60,000 bases of DNA, taken from the NCBI RefSeq assembly GCF_963921235.1, contig NC_086118.1:27964001-28024000 (forward strand), in the 5' to 3' direction. Under the pieces are notes generated by a model, which saw only the letters and a program-made list of their open reading frames with translations, was not told the DNA's origin and did not search any database. The DNA is from Mobula hypostoma. Lineage: Eukaryota. The position numbers and the translations under genes are program-made. Below are positions 23,501 through 37,610 of the stretch, one piece after another. How positions within the stretch are numbered: the stretch's first letter is position 1; each line of letters opens with the position of its first letter.

Positions 23501-24779
23501 CATGATCCGCGGCGATAGTTCACCACAATTTTCTTCAGAAAAGATTTTATAAGTAACTTTTTTAGTCAAATACTTTTTAATAGAAGATTTTCCAGTTACT
23601 TGGATGAATTCAGCTCCAGCAGCTGTTAAGAAGATCAACACCATCAGCTTTTCAATATAGTGTGCAGTGGCTGCAGATTGTAGTATCTATAAAGTATACC
23701 TAATTTTCATCCAGGCTGTTCCTGTAACACCTCCCAAACCAATGAGTCCTACCACTAAAGGTAAGTGCAATGGGTGCAAAGGAACGCCATGATATACAAG
23801 TCCCCCTCCAAATTACACACTGTTCCAACCTGGAAATATATTGGTGAATCTCCACCATCACTGGTTCAAGATCTCTCTCCTCAGCAGAGCTAGAGGACTG
23901 CAATAGTTCATGAATACAGCTCAACATCATTTCGTCCAGAATAAGTTTTTATTGTTTCTTGAACTTCCATTGAACTTAGTAGAAACAGTAATAGGTCAAA
24001 TTTAAGGTGGTGAGAGTGGGAAGGCAAATTCAACTCAGAGTCACATTTGAAAGATCTTCTAGATAATGATCGGCATCTATATCTTATGTCCTTATTTCAG
24101 AGATGACTAAACTGTGAGCAGCAAATGCAGTATACTACATTGGAAGATTCATCAATAAATCTTTGCTTCAACTGGAAGAGTTGGCTTGAGGAATGGTGAG
24201 AAGTAGGGAGGAAAAACAGAAGTTATTGCACCTTTTGCGGCTTGTAAATAGAGGAGAGGGTATTGCTGAACATGGAGGAATAAAATGAGTAAATGAAATA
24301 CTGAAGAAGGTAATGAAGGTAAAATATATCCAGCATTGGAATCATGTTGTGTGTGTTGGAAATTTATTAAATGTGGAAGTTGATGTGGTGAGGTTGAAGA
24401 CAAGCAAATTCTTGTTCTGGGAGGGCAGAGATTGGGTGGGAACAGACATGCAGGAAACTGAGCAAATGCTATGGATATCTTTGCCAATTATGCAAAATAA
24501 GAACTCACAACTAAAGAAAAGGAAGCACTCAGAATTCTGTAAAGACTCCTAACTTCTCTGTCTCTGTTGCATCCTTTACAATGTCATCTCCCACTCTAGA
24601 GTTTCCAATATACTTCATCTAAAATGTTTCATCTGTATTCTAATTAATTATATTATATTATAGAATGATATTATTTTAAATTATTTGCCCTGAAGAATTC
24701 AAGAAGAAATACCTGAGAGCAAAATGATAGAGGTTTCATTCACAAAAATGAGGGAGCAGCTCCAGAAAATTCACCACTA

Positions 24780-26600
24780 ATTGGAACCATACTAAGCACA
24801 AAGGAAAATGGCTATGGAAGTCCATCATCTCAACCACAGGATATCCCCACAGGGATTTTTCTGGTCAGTGTCCTGGGCCCAACGATCTTCAATTGCTTCA
24901 TCAATGATCTTTCAATGATTAGGTCAAAAATAGGGGTGTTCACTGGTGATTGCATACTGTTCAACTTCATTTGTGTTTCATCAGATAATGAAGCAGCCAG
25001 CATCCAAATGCAGCAACACTTGGGCATTATTCAGGCCTGGGCTGATAGCTGACAGATGACATTCACAAGTGCCAGGCAACTATAATATCCAGCAAGAGAA
25101 AATTCAACTATCAGCTGCTGACATTCAATGAGATTTACCATTGACCAGAAACTGAACTGGAGTAGCCCTCAATCAATAGACAATAGGTGCAGGAGTAGGC
25201 CATTCAGCCCTTCGAGCCAGAACCACCATTCACTGTGATCATGGCTGATCATCCACAATCAGTACCCTTTTCCTGCCTTCTCCCCATATCCCTTCACTCC
25301 GCTATCTTTAAGAGCTCTATCTAACCCTTTTTTGAAAGAATCCAGAGAATTGGCCTCCGCTGCCTTCTGAGGCAGAGTATTCCACAGAACCACAACCCTC
25401 TGTGTGAAAAAGTTTTTCCTCAACTCCGTTCTAAATTGTCTACCCCTTATTCTTAAACTGTGGCCTCTGGTTCTGGACTCCCCCAACATCGGGAACATGT
25501 TTCCTGCTTCTAGCGTGTCTAATCATAGAAAAACCATAGAATCATAGAAAAACTACAGTACAGAAACAGGCCTTTTGGCCCTTCTTGGCTGTGCCAAACC
25601 ATTTTCTACCTAATCCGACTGACCTGCACACGGACCATATCCCCCCATACACCTCCCATCCATGTACCTGTCCAATTTATTCTTAAATGTTAAAAAAGAA
25701 CCCGCATTTACCACCTCGTCTGGCAGCTCATTCCACACTTCCATCACTCTCCGTGTGAAGGAGCACCCCCCCCAATGTTCCCTTTAAACTTTTCCCCCTT
25801 CACCCTTAACCCATGCCCTCTGGTTTTTTCTCCCCTTGCCTCGGTGGAAAAAGCCTGCTTGCATTCACTCTATCTATACCCATCATAATTTTATATACCT
25901 CTATTAAATCTCCTCTCATTCTCCTAAGTAATCTTGTATGTTTCAATGAGATCCCCTCTCATCCTTCTAAATTCCGGTGTATACAACCCCAGTTGCTCCA
26001 ATCTTTCAACATATGACAGTCCCTCCATCCTGGGAATTAACCTCGTGAACCTACGCTGCACTCCCTCAATAGCTAATTATCCCTATACACAATCTGATTA
26101 CAAGAGCTTGTCAGGGGCGAGTATCTCACCTCCTAATTCCCTAAAACCTGTCTACAACCTACAAAACTCAAGTCAGGAATGTGATGAAATACTCTCCATT
26201 TGACAGAATGAGTGCAACTTCAACAATATTCAGGAAACTTGACACCCTACTTCGCATAGTAGCTCGTTCACTCTTTCCTGCACTGACACACAAAAGCAGC
26301 AATTAGTACAATCTACAGGATGTACAGCAGCAGGCGATTAAACTTTTGTGTAATATCTTCCCTACCCACAATGTCTACAAAAATATGGGTCAACAAAAGC
26401 ACGAGGTCACTCCCACACACCATTCTGAGTTGGAAATAATTTTCACTGCTATTGAGTCAAAATCCTGGTGCTTTCCCCCTAACTTCATAGTGGGGACACA
26501 CAACTCAAGGTCTGCATTAGTTTGATAAGACCTCTCACCACTATCTACTCAAGGACATCTATAGAAGAACAACTAAATGCTGGATCTGTCTGTGAAAGCC
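24780..26600 (+). mobile_element. old CR1-like LINE containing two nested antisense CR1 3' ends (25172-26070, itself interrupted by 25525-25925)
   Basis: SVLGPTIFNCFINDL..FTGDC RT remnant. The nested pieces encode FPMLGESRTRGHSLRIRG..FFTQRVV and carry CR1 tails (caatagacaatag, catagaatcatagaa). Confidence 0.78.
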
Positions 26601-26749
26601 GCATCTCTTGAATGAATTTATATTTTTTAAAAGTCCTTTTAACTTGGAGGAAATGAATAGAAAATAATGAGAAGTTGTTCACTCTGTATTTTATCACCGA
26701 TTTACCTTTTAGTTCTTTCTTTCACTTTCTATTTTTCTCCACACACTTA

Positions 26750-26960
26750 ATTTTATTTACTTATTGAGATACGGAATGGAATTGGCCTTCCCAGCCCCTC
26801 GAGCTCAGTCACCCAGCTATCCCTGACTTAACCCTAGCCTAATCATTTACAATGACCAACTGGTACGTCTTTGGACTGTGGCAGGAAACAAAACCATCCA
26901 GAGGAAATCCACAGAGTCACAGGGAAAACATACAAACACCTTATGGACAATGGCAGGAAG
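26750..26960 (-). mobile_element. V-core SINE
   Basis: Reverse complement of the V-domain: tctttggactgtggcaggaaac...gaggaaatccacagagtcacaggg...atacaaacacctta. Confidence 0.65.
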
Positions 26961-28300
26961 TATACAAAGATATGCAGCCAAGAAAAATAAATAGTTGAAA
27001 TTATGTCAGAATTTAAACTTGGAATCACGAGGGCTAAGACAGGCTATGGAATGTCCTTGTGGTGCGAATTAAGGAAAGTACCCTTGCATTTTATATATGA
27101 ATTGAAAAGAAGAGGATAATTAGGAAGAACATGTGACCATGGACAAAGGAGGAAGTTAATACCTGGTGCCAGAGGAAGTGGGTGAGCTACTAAGTTATTA
27201 CGCTGCATTGGAGTTCACCAAGGGGATGGACTAGGAAAATAGTGAGATCAGAGATGATGATATGTTGATAATCCAGGGTAGGTGGTAATCAACGAGGAGT
27301 ACCTATTGTTTAGTTGCAGCATTACTGATACAGACAAAGGTTATGTTTGTTTAATGCTCCACTGTTATGTAAATAAATATAAAATTCAGCACTAGAACCA
27401 TTCAAGAGCTTCCACGATGTTTTATACTGACAAAGATATGAGCAGCAAGACTAGTGAAGTTGGGTGAGTTTGAAACTTTTGGAGAATGTGGTGACACAGG
27501 AGGCATTTCATGCAGCTGAAGTAAGATTAGCACGTCCAGGTAAAGCTCAAGACATGATGGCAGTAATGGAACAAAATGTGACTAAGGCGGATGAAGAATG
27601 TTTTCTATGGAGTTAATGCTTGTATGTAAATGAGCTTCAGTCAGCTCAATGTGAGTTCTTTGAGCCAAAGGGCCATGGGTGGCGATGGTCAAATCAGGAC
27701 CTGCATATGTGACTGTTAAGTGTGGAATCATGAAGAAACATGAGTAATATTGTCCTTAGCCATTCACATTTCTACAATCCAAGAATCTGTCATCTCAGAC
27801 TCGGATATATTTGATGATACACGTCTCCATGTTACATTGTGTTAAAAAATTCCAAAGAATCATAACATCAGAGGAGAAAATGTTCCTCATCCAACTTTCA
27901 GAGAGGTTCCTTTGCCTTGACATTGTTCTTACTCATTCTAGATCTCCCCCACTAATGCAAATTGCATTACATCCTCCATCCTTCCAAGTTACTGCAGGTT
28001 CTTGTGTATTTTAGTAAGGTTCCAACTCATTTTCTAAACTAGGACCTGATGAAAGGTCTTAGCCAAAAATGTTGACTGAATTTAAGAAGTATTTAGATAC
28101 ACAACAGAATGGACAAGACGTCGAAGGTTACAAACCTAACCGTGGGCAAATAGGATTAGGGCAGATGGGTAAAAGGTTGGCATGAATGTGATGGACTCCG
28201 GGACTTATTTCTGCATGGCTACACCCATATGACACTACATGTCCAGGATGAATCAGTTATCTCTTGAGAAATGTTTGAGCAGGTTTTATTCACATTTTCC

Positions 28301-28305
<5 letters not shown>

Positions 28306-28356
<51 letters not shown>
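28306..28356 (+). repeat. (AC)n microsatellite, about 25 units
   Basis: Direct reading. Confidence 0.97.
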
Positions 28357-28361
<5 letters not shown>

Positions 28362-29409
28362 CTAACCCAGGACCAGCGATCTCTGGCCTTCCAGTCTCCA
28401 GTGGATTCGGACTCACAGGAATTGGGCCTTCACCTTCCCCCCTGGACTAGCAGTGACTCGCAAGCCCATTGGGCCTCAACTTCTAGGTTTTTGAGGCTTG
28501 AGTTTTGATCTTCTGTATTGAGCCCTGGACTTGCTAATGATGATGGACAAGACCCTGAATGAAGACCACAAGCTCCAAGTCTTGAACTCCAGACTGATTG
28601 ATAATGGGATCCCAAAAACTAGGCCTTGAACTCTGGCCTTGCCAACTCACATACCTAGGGGATCACTAGCTTTTGTGCCTCATAACTTGATCCCAGAACA
28701 TACCAATGACTCACTAACCTTGGAGTTGGAGCACTAACCCTCATTCCCACTAGTCTTCTGGCCTGACCATGGATGTCATTTGTCACATGTTCACATTGCT
28801 GGCCTTCAAAAGTGGAGCGCAAAGCAGAGGCATAAACTCTGGTTTGACTTCTAATTCCCCCGAACCCCTGTCACTAAGCTCTAACACGACCCCTAAGTCC
28901 CCTCTCAGTTACCAAAACCATCTCTACAAACCTAAAATACAACCAAGTCTGATCTACAACCTCGATGAAGACAGCAGCTTGTTGTGTTCTCATTTCTGCA
29001 TGGTACACCTATATCATCAAATATCATGAATGTACTTGATTCTTTCTCCTTCCCTGGCAGCATATCCCAAATATCAACCACTCCTTATGTAAAAAATACC
29101 TCTAGATCTTCTTTAAAACTCCTTTCAACTCAGCCCTCCTCATTTTTAATGGGATAAGTATTATGAGTATTTATCCACTTTCTGAATCTTATAATTTTAT
29201 ATATCTATCAAGTCATCTTTTGTGATGGATATGCACTTTCAAGGGCCCTTTCTAGCACAGCAACATTTCCTTTCCAAAGGTTGAGAGTTGTTGGTGATAA
29301 AGTTAAGATTCTAATAAATTTTCTTTGCTCAATTTTTTTGTTGTAAACATGAACGAGTCTTCAGTTCTTAATGTAAATAGCAAGCTGTAATCAGATTGAA
29401 GTTAAAAGT

Positions 29410-30555
29410 TATATGGATTTCAGCAAGGCGTTTGACAAGGTCCTGCTTAGGAGCTCGGTCAAGAAGATTATGTCACTCAGCATTCAAGATGAGGTAGTAA
29501 ATTAGATTAGTAATTGATTTGTGGGAGAAGCCAGTGAGCAGTAGTAGATGGTTGCCTCTGTGACTGGAGGACTGACTAGTGATGTGTTGCAAGGATCAGT
29601 GCTGGGTCCTTTGTTGAATGTCACCTATAACAATGATCTGGATGATAACATGGTTAACTGGATCAGCAAATTTGGGGATGACACCAAGATTGGGGATGTA
29701 GTGGACAGCAAGAAAGACTGGCATGCCTTGCAAAGGGATCTTCATCAGCTGGAAAAGTAGGTTGAAAAATGGCAGATGGAATTTAATACAGACAAGTGTG
29801 AGGTTTTGCACTTCAGTAGGTCCAACCAGGGTAGGTCTTACACAGTAAACTTTAGGGCTCTGAGGAGTGTGGTACAACAAAGGTTTTGGGAATACAGGTC
29901 CATAATTCAGTGAAAGTGACATCACATGTAGATTGGATCATTAATAAAGGTTTTGGCACATTGACCTTCATAAATCTCCTATTGAGTACAGGAGATGGAA
30001 TGTCACGTTGAAATTGTATAAGACGTTGGTGAGGCCTAATTTGGAGTATTGTGTACAAAAAAAGATGTAAACAAGCCTGAAAGTGGAGAGAGAAAACTTA
30101 CAAGGATGTTGCCAGGTCTGAGTTATAATGCAAGATTGAATATGTTTGGACTGTATTCCTTAGAATATAGAAGAATGAGAGGTGATTTGACAGAGATATA
30201 CAAAACTATGAGGGGTAGCGATAGGGTAAGTGCAAGCAGGCTTTTTCTACTGATGTTGGGTGGGACTATAACCAGAGGTCATGTGTTAAGGGTGAAAGGT
30301 GAAAACTTTAAGGGGAACATAAAAGAAACCTTTTCACTCTGAGGGCCGTGTGAGTGTGGAATGAGCTGCCAACACGAGTGGTGCACGCGAGCTCGATTTC
30401 AACGTTTAAGAGAAGTTTGGATAGGTACATGGATGGTATAGGTATGAAGGACTATAGTCCCAGTGCAGGTCAATGGGAGTAGGTAGTTTTAATGGTTTCA
30501 GCATGGACTAGATGGGCTGAAGGGTCTGTTTCTGTGCTGTACTTCTCTATAACTT
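29410..30555 (+). mobile_element. CR1 LINE fragment (RT to 3' end, decayed)
   Basis: MDFSKAFDKV, LQGSVLGPLL..ISKFGDDTKIG and RRMRGDLTEIYK. Confidence 0.88.
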
Positions 30556-32369
30556 TAATGACTGTCTGGCTTTGCTAAAACACAATGTGCGGATGCTGAG
30601 AGATGTGGTTTGCCAGGTGAAGTCACTTCTTGCCTGGTTTAGTCAAATGCAAGACAATGGGGTTATGTCACTTAGCTTAGCAGACAAGATATGGTTATAA
30701 GTTGAGATATTTGTGTACTCAGAGAGTCATCTGTCACAGCAGTAATTGTGTGCCTTTGGGATCTTTGTTTCCAGAAGCTTTAGGACCATCTGTGTAATTA
30801 ACTTTTTCCCAGCAAAAGTATCTGGAAAACATAACATACAGATGATGTCATCTAGTAGAAAATAGTATAAATATTAGAATACATTTGGGATTGTTAGCAA
30901 TGACAGAAAAAGCTAGAATTCATTCCTCAGCTTTTGTTTTTTGTGGCAGATGACTTGTTTGGCTGCAACTCATTAGTATGTTCATTTAGTTCGTAAGAAT
31001 TGTAGCTGTTATTTGGAAATAGTTTTTGGTCTACAAATCTTTTGAAATTCAGAAATCTTAAATAAATCAGAAATCCTCTATGAGTTTTAAATACGTGGTT
31101 AAGAACTATTTAAATGTGTATTATTAAAAACAAAATAAACTGTTTAATCTACTTAATTAGCTGGTAGGGAGTGAGGACCAACCACTCAAGTAGTGTTGGC
31201 ACTTATGTGGGTATTGGCAGCTAAACCTTGCCGCAGGCTGTAAGATTGTTCTGCCTCTAGAGCCACTGTTCATGTTGACTTGAACAAGCATCACTTCCTG
31301 TTCGTAAGCTGTGTTTCACTTCATTTCCTCTGCATGGCATGTTAATATGGAATTTGACTTGAAGCAAACACGGTAGAAAGACACTCATCTCCATCCATTC
31401 TTTATTTGCCCTTGAATCCACAATATCTGTGAGACATAAGCTTTCTTAATATTGGTGAACATTTAGTAGATGTACTTTGATGAAAGTATTATGTTTATCG
31501 TTCATCGCTATTAAGCTATCGTCGCACCATGAGTTCACACAAATCCACGGCATAGCTGTAGAGTGTTGAAAGTGTTTATTACCTTGTTTAATACTCATTA
31601 TGGGAATAATCGATAATATTAGTACATTTAGGTGCGCAATGATTCCGTATTGAATCTAATGCCTGTTTTACTTAACTTTCTGCAGTTTCACAAAGTTTTC
31701 TCATTAAAAACCATGAAGAAAGCTTCCAGTTTGGGTGATTTTTGAAAAGGTGTTTAACTTTCTGCCTAGCTTTTTACACGGTGTACTGTGTGGACAGTAG
31801 AAACCTCATCCTTGAAGAGTAGGTGGATGCAGTATAGCCTCCCGAAAGTGAGGGTACCTACAGATATCTATATCAGATAGGGCTTAAATTTTTACTTTAA
31901 ATTTAGGGCTTTGCAGATAGGGAACCCAATGCCATCACAAGTTTAGCCTCTGTCTTTCCAGGGAGGAATCTCTCCCTATAACTAAAGTCCTCCAATCAAA
32001 GCAATGTCCTACTGAGTCTCCTCTCTGCCCTGCCAATGCAACTACATGGTTTTCAGTGTGTTTTCACTGTTGGAATTCCTATGAATAAACTCTTGTTTCT
32101 GTCTCAATGTAGGGATCTGTCATTTCTCTGCACCTGGGTTCAGTCATTTGTCAACACACACCTTGACAGAAGAACTCTATGCCATAGATGGACCCAACGG
32201 AGGTTCAACAGCAGCTTGGACATCAGACGGCTGGAGAAAAGGGTGCCTTCTATTATCAGTGCTTGTCCCAAGGCTATGTTGTGAGTTTCTCGACTCCATG
32301 TTCCGAGTACATTTTCTGAACGTTCGCAGTCTATGTTCAAGGTCATCAATGTTTCCTGAGTCTCTGGTG

Positions 32370-33552
32370 GACAACAGATCGCCAGCAGATGGTAAGAGTG
32401 GACTCCCTCACTTCTTCCCCTCTGACCCTCAACACAGGTGCCCCTCAGGGCTGCGTACAAAGCCCCCTGACTGTGTTGCCACCCACAGCTCCAATCTGCT
32501 ATTTAAATTTGCTACACTGATTGGCCTAATCTCAAATAACAATGAGGCAGCCTACAATGAAGAAGTCATCACCCTGACACAGTGGTGTCAAGAAAACAAC
32601 CTCTCCATCAATGTCACAAAAAAAGGAGCTGGCTGTGGACTACAGGAGGAATGGAGAGGGGCTAACCCCTATTGACATCAATGGATCTGGGGCTGAGAGG
32701 GTGAACAGCTTTAACTTCCTCCGCATAAACATCACCAAGGATCTCACATGGTCTGTACATACCGGCTGTGTGGTGAGAAAAGCACAGCAGTGCCTCTTTC
32801 ACCTCAGATGGTTGAAGAAGTTTGGTGCAGGCCCCCAAATCCTACAATTGGGAGCATCCTGACTGGCTGCATCACTGCCTTGTATGGGAACTGTACTTCC
32901 CTTAATCGCAGGTCTCTATAGAGAGAGGTACAGACAGCACAGCACAACTGTAGATGTGAACTTCCCACTATTCACGAGATTTACAAAGGCATGTGTGTAA
33001 AAAATGCTCGAAGGATCATTGGAGACCCAAGTCACCTCAACCATAAACTGTTCCAGCTGCTACTGTCCAGGAAACGGTAGCACACCATAAATGCCAGGAC
33101 CAACAGAGAGTGGTGAATCTGTGGAATTCTCTGCCACAGGAAACAGTTGAGGCCGGTTGATTGGCTATATTTAAGAGGGAGTTAGATATGGCCCTTGTGG
33201 CTACGGGGATCAGGGGATATAGAGGGAAGGCTGGTACAGGGTTCTGAGTTGGATGATCAGCCATGATCATAATAAATGGCGGTGCAGGCTCGAAGGGCTG
33301 AATGGCCTACTCCTGCACCTATTTTCTTTGTTTCTATGTAACAGGCTCCAGGATAGTTTCTTCCACCAGGCCATTAGACTGCTTAACTCATGCTGACACA
33401 ACTGTTTTTATGTTATATTAACTATCCTGTTGTACATAATATTTATTATAAATTACTACAAATTGCACGTTACACATTTAGACAGAGAAGTAATGTAAAG
33501 ATTTTTACTCCTCATGTATATGAAGAATGTAAGTAATAAAGTCAATTCAAAT
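32370..33552 (+). mobile_element. Rex1/Babar LINE (RT to 3' tail) with a nested CR1 3' end (33107-33339, TSD AACAG)
   Basis: LTLNTGAPQGCV, DCVATHSSNLLFKFA, WCQENNLSINVTK, DLTWSVHT..KAQQCLFHLR. Tail aataaagtcaattcaaattg. Confidence 0.85.
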
Positions 33553-33569
33553 TGAAATTCAACATCCAG

Positions 33570-33708
33570 GTTTCTGAGGATTATTCTGGCCTTCTGAGGA
33601 CTATTCCATGTTTCTAAGAACTATTGCTTGATCCTGAGTTTGATGCTATGCTCCCAAGTTTGATGCTATGTTTCCGAGTTTGATTCTATGTTTCTGAGTT
33701 ATAATGTT
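33570..33708 (+). repeat. degenerate ~21-bp tandem repeat inside Gypsy B
   Basis: Units like ctgagtttgatgctatgctcc / caagtttgatgctatgtttcc / cgagtttgattctatgtttct. Confidence 0.7.
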
Positions 33709-35754
33709 TGCAAGCTTTCCAGACCTGTTTCGAGAGCATCAGGACTGTTTCAAATTTACCAGCCTGCATCAGCGGAATTGTGTCTATCTCAAACTTACCA
33801 GCCCTGTCTCGAAAGCATCAATTTTGTTTTGAATTTACCAGCCCTACCTTGAGTTCCCAAGGATTCCCTGAGCCATCAGGTGCCAGCCTTAGGGAGAGAG
33901 GTACTGTCACGAGTCATTTTATTGAGAGCTGTTAAGCCCTTGCACTTTTTGTTTAATCTTGTCAAGCTTATTATGACTGGCATGGGTTTTCAGCCTCCTG
34001 TGATTATTTAAAGCAGACTCTCAATTAGCACTTATCGCGGGGTCCTTGTGTGTGTCTTGAGAATGATTTGGCTCTTGTTTCTGTCTCAACGTGGGAATCT
34101 ATCATTCCTCCACACCTGGGCTCAGTCGACTGTCAGCACTAACAATGATAGCCTTATTTCTGTTTTCCCACAATCAGAGAAACGTGAATCTGAAACCTAA
34201 GGCCATTCTACATCAGTGAATGACTAAGATTTCTGGGAGTTATGCCAGGAAACTAAATCGTGTTTTTTTTAAAATTAATATTGATTCTAACAACTCTGTG
34301 TTTTCAACTGACATGTCCAACAAAGAAAATTGGAACAAAGGTCCAGTCTAAGTTAATCTTTACTTAATTAGTCAAAGTTAATGATTAATAAGTTCACAAT
34401 TGATTTCTGTTCTAACACCATTTCTTATACTTAATTGCAAGACTCACTACTTGGGCTTACACACCACCGATGTGGATACTGGCTTTCTCCAAATTCCAGA
34501 CTCGGGAGTCTCCTCATTGTTCTCAAGTTATCGCTCATGCTGTATCTGACAGTCCTTCTTTTATACCTTCTTTTCTTTCCAATCTTCTAAAGTCTTTCCT
34601 TCTTCCTGCACCTTCCTAGGATCCTCACTCTCTGAAGCTGCCATTCATTCAGGCACTGGACAAACAAGACACTTCTGTTGTTTCATCTCTTAAACTGCGT
34701 AACTTAGTCCTGGGCCCCCATGGAGTTGTTATGGTACGAACCCGACCGCAGCAGTTTCTAGGGTTTAGACTCTCTGGAATATGGAGAGCTGGTGCCGCCC
34801 TTTAAAGATTCAGGCCTGCCCTGCTAATTGACGGTCATGTCTTGGCACCAGGATTTTAATATTTAAAAGGCACCTGAACTGAGGTTCAGTGCTTAATCGT
34901 CAGCTCTACTTTAGATTCCCGTCTTGCGCCTATAGTTCAAAATCCTGTTCTCGTCTCAGTCTCGTATTGTGTCTCGGATACTGCAGCAGCTGGACCCTAA
35001 CCATCCTTGCTCAGGTCTCTTGTCACAGTACGACTGAGCCTAACATAGACCCAGTTGAGGAATGGAGCCACTTGTCAGCTGTGGCTAGCAACAGTGAGAA
35101 AATTTCTAGACAGAGCCTGGAAATACACAACCACCAGGTCGTCAAGCACCAAATATCGCAAGGAGGAAGCCAGGGTTGCTTAGTTGAAGCTGTTGATCAT
35201 TCTTGGGACCCCGGAGAGATTCGGTGCTGACCCTGGCTCTTGCTGCGGCTTCCTCTTTCAGTGTTCGTTGGTGCTTGAGCTCCTACCATTCTGATTCCCT
35301 AGGTGGCCTTCATGGTCTCCCTACTGACCAGGAGAACCCTGGCCTGAGCCACCACGCATTGAGAATGGAGGTCGGAGGTCTGCTCTGATTCAGAAGAATT
35401 CATGAATGTCATGAAGAGGGTGTTCCATCATCTTGTCAGAGCAAACGGGACCTGAGGCTGTCTGATGAAGATGCGTCAGGATAGTTGACTATGCTATTGA
35501 GTTTAGGATTTTGGGCGAGGTGTCTGGCTGTAAGGGGGAGGCCTTCCCTCTCTGTACCTCTATGGACACCTTGGCAGATTATAGGATGCCCTTGCCTTGG
35601 GAGAACTAATAGAGGATTTAGAAGCTCTGATTGGTCTGTCCATCTGCCTCGTTAATAGCCTGGCAGTACACAAGTGGGACTATCTTACGAGGTCGAGAGG
35701 GTTAGGCCAGTCCCAGCCTCAACGCATCACAGTTCCACTTCCTGACCTCGGACA

Positions 35755-36330
35755 ATGACCAGCCCATCTCCTGCACAAGATCCTGTCGAGCCAATGCAAA
35801 TCGGTTGCACAAGAATCTTCACCTATGAGAGGTCCCGGCATCGGAGTCGAGGTTGTTTCCATCACTGCGGGGAAGCAGGTCAACTGCGGGCCGAATGTCC
35901 GAAGCTGCAGCCATTGGGCCAACTGCTAAGACCGTCCAGTGTCAGGAGGACTGTGATGGTAGCAGCCATTAATCCCACCCCTATTGATTCTGGGGTCATG
36001 TTGAAGGCGGAAAACTCCTGGGGAAAGAGCTGGCAAGAGGTGAATGCCTTTGTGGACTCTGGGGCAGCTGGTAATTTCCTGGACCTGGGAACAGCCCATC
36101 GGCTCAGAATACCTCTGCAGGAATTGAGCCAGCACTTGACTGCAATTGCCCTGGACAGTCAGCCTCTTGGGTCCTGGCCAGTTCTGCAGCAGACATCAGT
36201 TTTGAGAATGAGGATAGGGGAATATGTGGAGGATATTTGTTTTCATATCCCCAATTCTCCTCACATACCCGTCATCCTGTCCCATCATAACCCTTTCATG
36301 AACTGGGAAGGGAGAATCATCGCATGGTGA
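35755..36330 (+). pseudogene. Gypsy C gag zinc-knuckle and aspartic protease remnant
   Basis: 191-aa frame with a degenerate CCHC knuckle and the DSGA catalytic motif. Confidence 0.85.
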
Positions 36331-37610
36331 AGTCCTTGCAAGACAGAATGATTGCGGTTTGGTGTTCCGACCCCCAGACTCTGCTGAAACTGGTGGCAGA
36401 AGAGGAGGCGGACTTTTGTTCGGGATAACTGAAAGCCTTCGGGAGATGAAGTCCTGCATCCAAGGCAAGCAAACCAGCTCCAGTCAGCAGGACCATACGA
36501 GGCTGACCCCATCTCGTCGGCGGTGTGCCCGCCAAGGAGGTGTCCAAGAATTCCAGAGCCCGAGCAGCAAAGCCTAAAGGAACCAGTCACCAGATCCCAC
36601 TCAGAAAAAGGCTCCGAGGCGCAAACCCATCGAACATAACTCCAGGGGGACAAAAACTATTTGTAATGCCTCATCACCATCGCTTGAGAATATGGATGAG
36701 GATTTGGACTTTGGTTCAACTAAAGACTTTAATGAACCTATGGAGGAAATCCTGAGTTCTGCCGAGTTACCCCTGATACCTACAGTTATTCTTGGAGGGA
36801 TGTTTGGGTTTAGGTGCAATACCCAAGCTGGTTGAATTCCCTTCAATCTACAAGGATTGGGAAGATGTCTTTAACAAGGGAAAGGCCTCGACTCTTCCAT
36901 CACACTGACAATACGACTCTATTGTCTGGTACATCCTCCATGGCGTTGATTATGCACATACTCAGGCCCGGAGAGAAGCACTATGGAGAAGCACATAAAG
37001 GAGGCTGTTGCTGTGGGATTCATTCAGCCCTCCAACCACCAGCCGGCGCAGGCCTCTTCTTCGTACGGAAAAAGGATGGAAACCTGCACCTTTGCATTGA
37101 TTACAGAGGCCTGAATTGCTTAACAGCCAAGATTCGTAACACCTTTCTGCTCATGAACACTGCTTTTGAGTTCTCCAAGGGGCAAGAGTATCCTCGAAGC
37201 TGGACTTGCAGATTAGTAATGTAGATCTTATGCAATGTAGTCCACATAAAAGAGGGTGACAAGTGGAAGACTGCATTCAGCACACCAGTAAGGCACTATG
37301 AGTACCTGGTTATGCCCTTCACCCTTGCTAATGCCCAGAAGTTTTCTACACCTTCATAAATGATGTACTCCAGCTTGCCCTCCATAAGTATACCTTTGTG
37401 TCCTTGGATGACATCCTATTTTTCTCCGTCCGTAGACAAGCATATCTCCCGTATCACAGATATCTTAAAGAGGCTTCTCTTTAGAATCTTAAAGATATTT
37501 TTTATTCTAAATATCTTAAAAGATCATAGACTTCATGTCAAGCTGAAGAAATCCGAATTTCAAGCAGCCACTGTTTCATTTTTAGGTTTTATCATCTCTA
37601 ATGACAGTCA

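Larger units (their letters stand above)
32000..34143 (+). mobile_element. internally deleted chromovirus-type Gypsy element B (5' LTR ends 32168; 3' LTR 33905-34143)
   Basis: An LTR 3' portion of about 80 bp is shared (ctcttgtttctgtctcaa...cacctgggytcagtc). The leader gaagaactctatgccatagATGGACCCA follows ...tgaca. The PPT agggagagaggtac precedes tgtcacg. The 5' boundary is uncertain. Confidence 0.65.

Noticed and set aside
23387..23644. 85-aa ORF as a host exon
   Set aside because: There is no recognisable domain, it overlaps the edge of a LINE-derived repeat, and there is no convincing splice-site pair.
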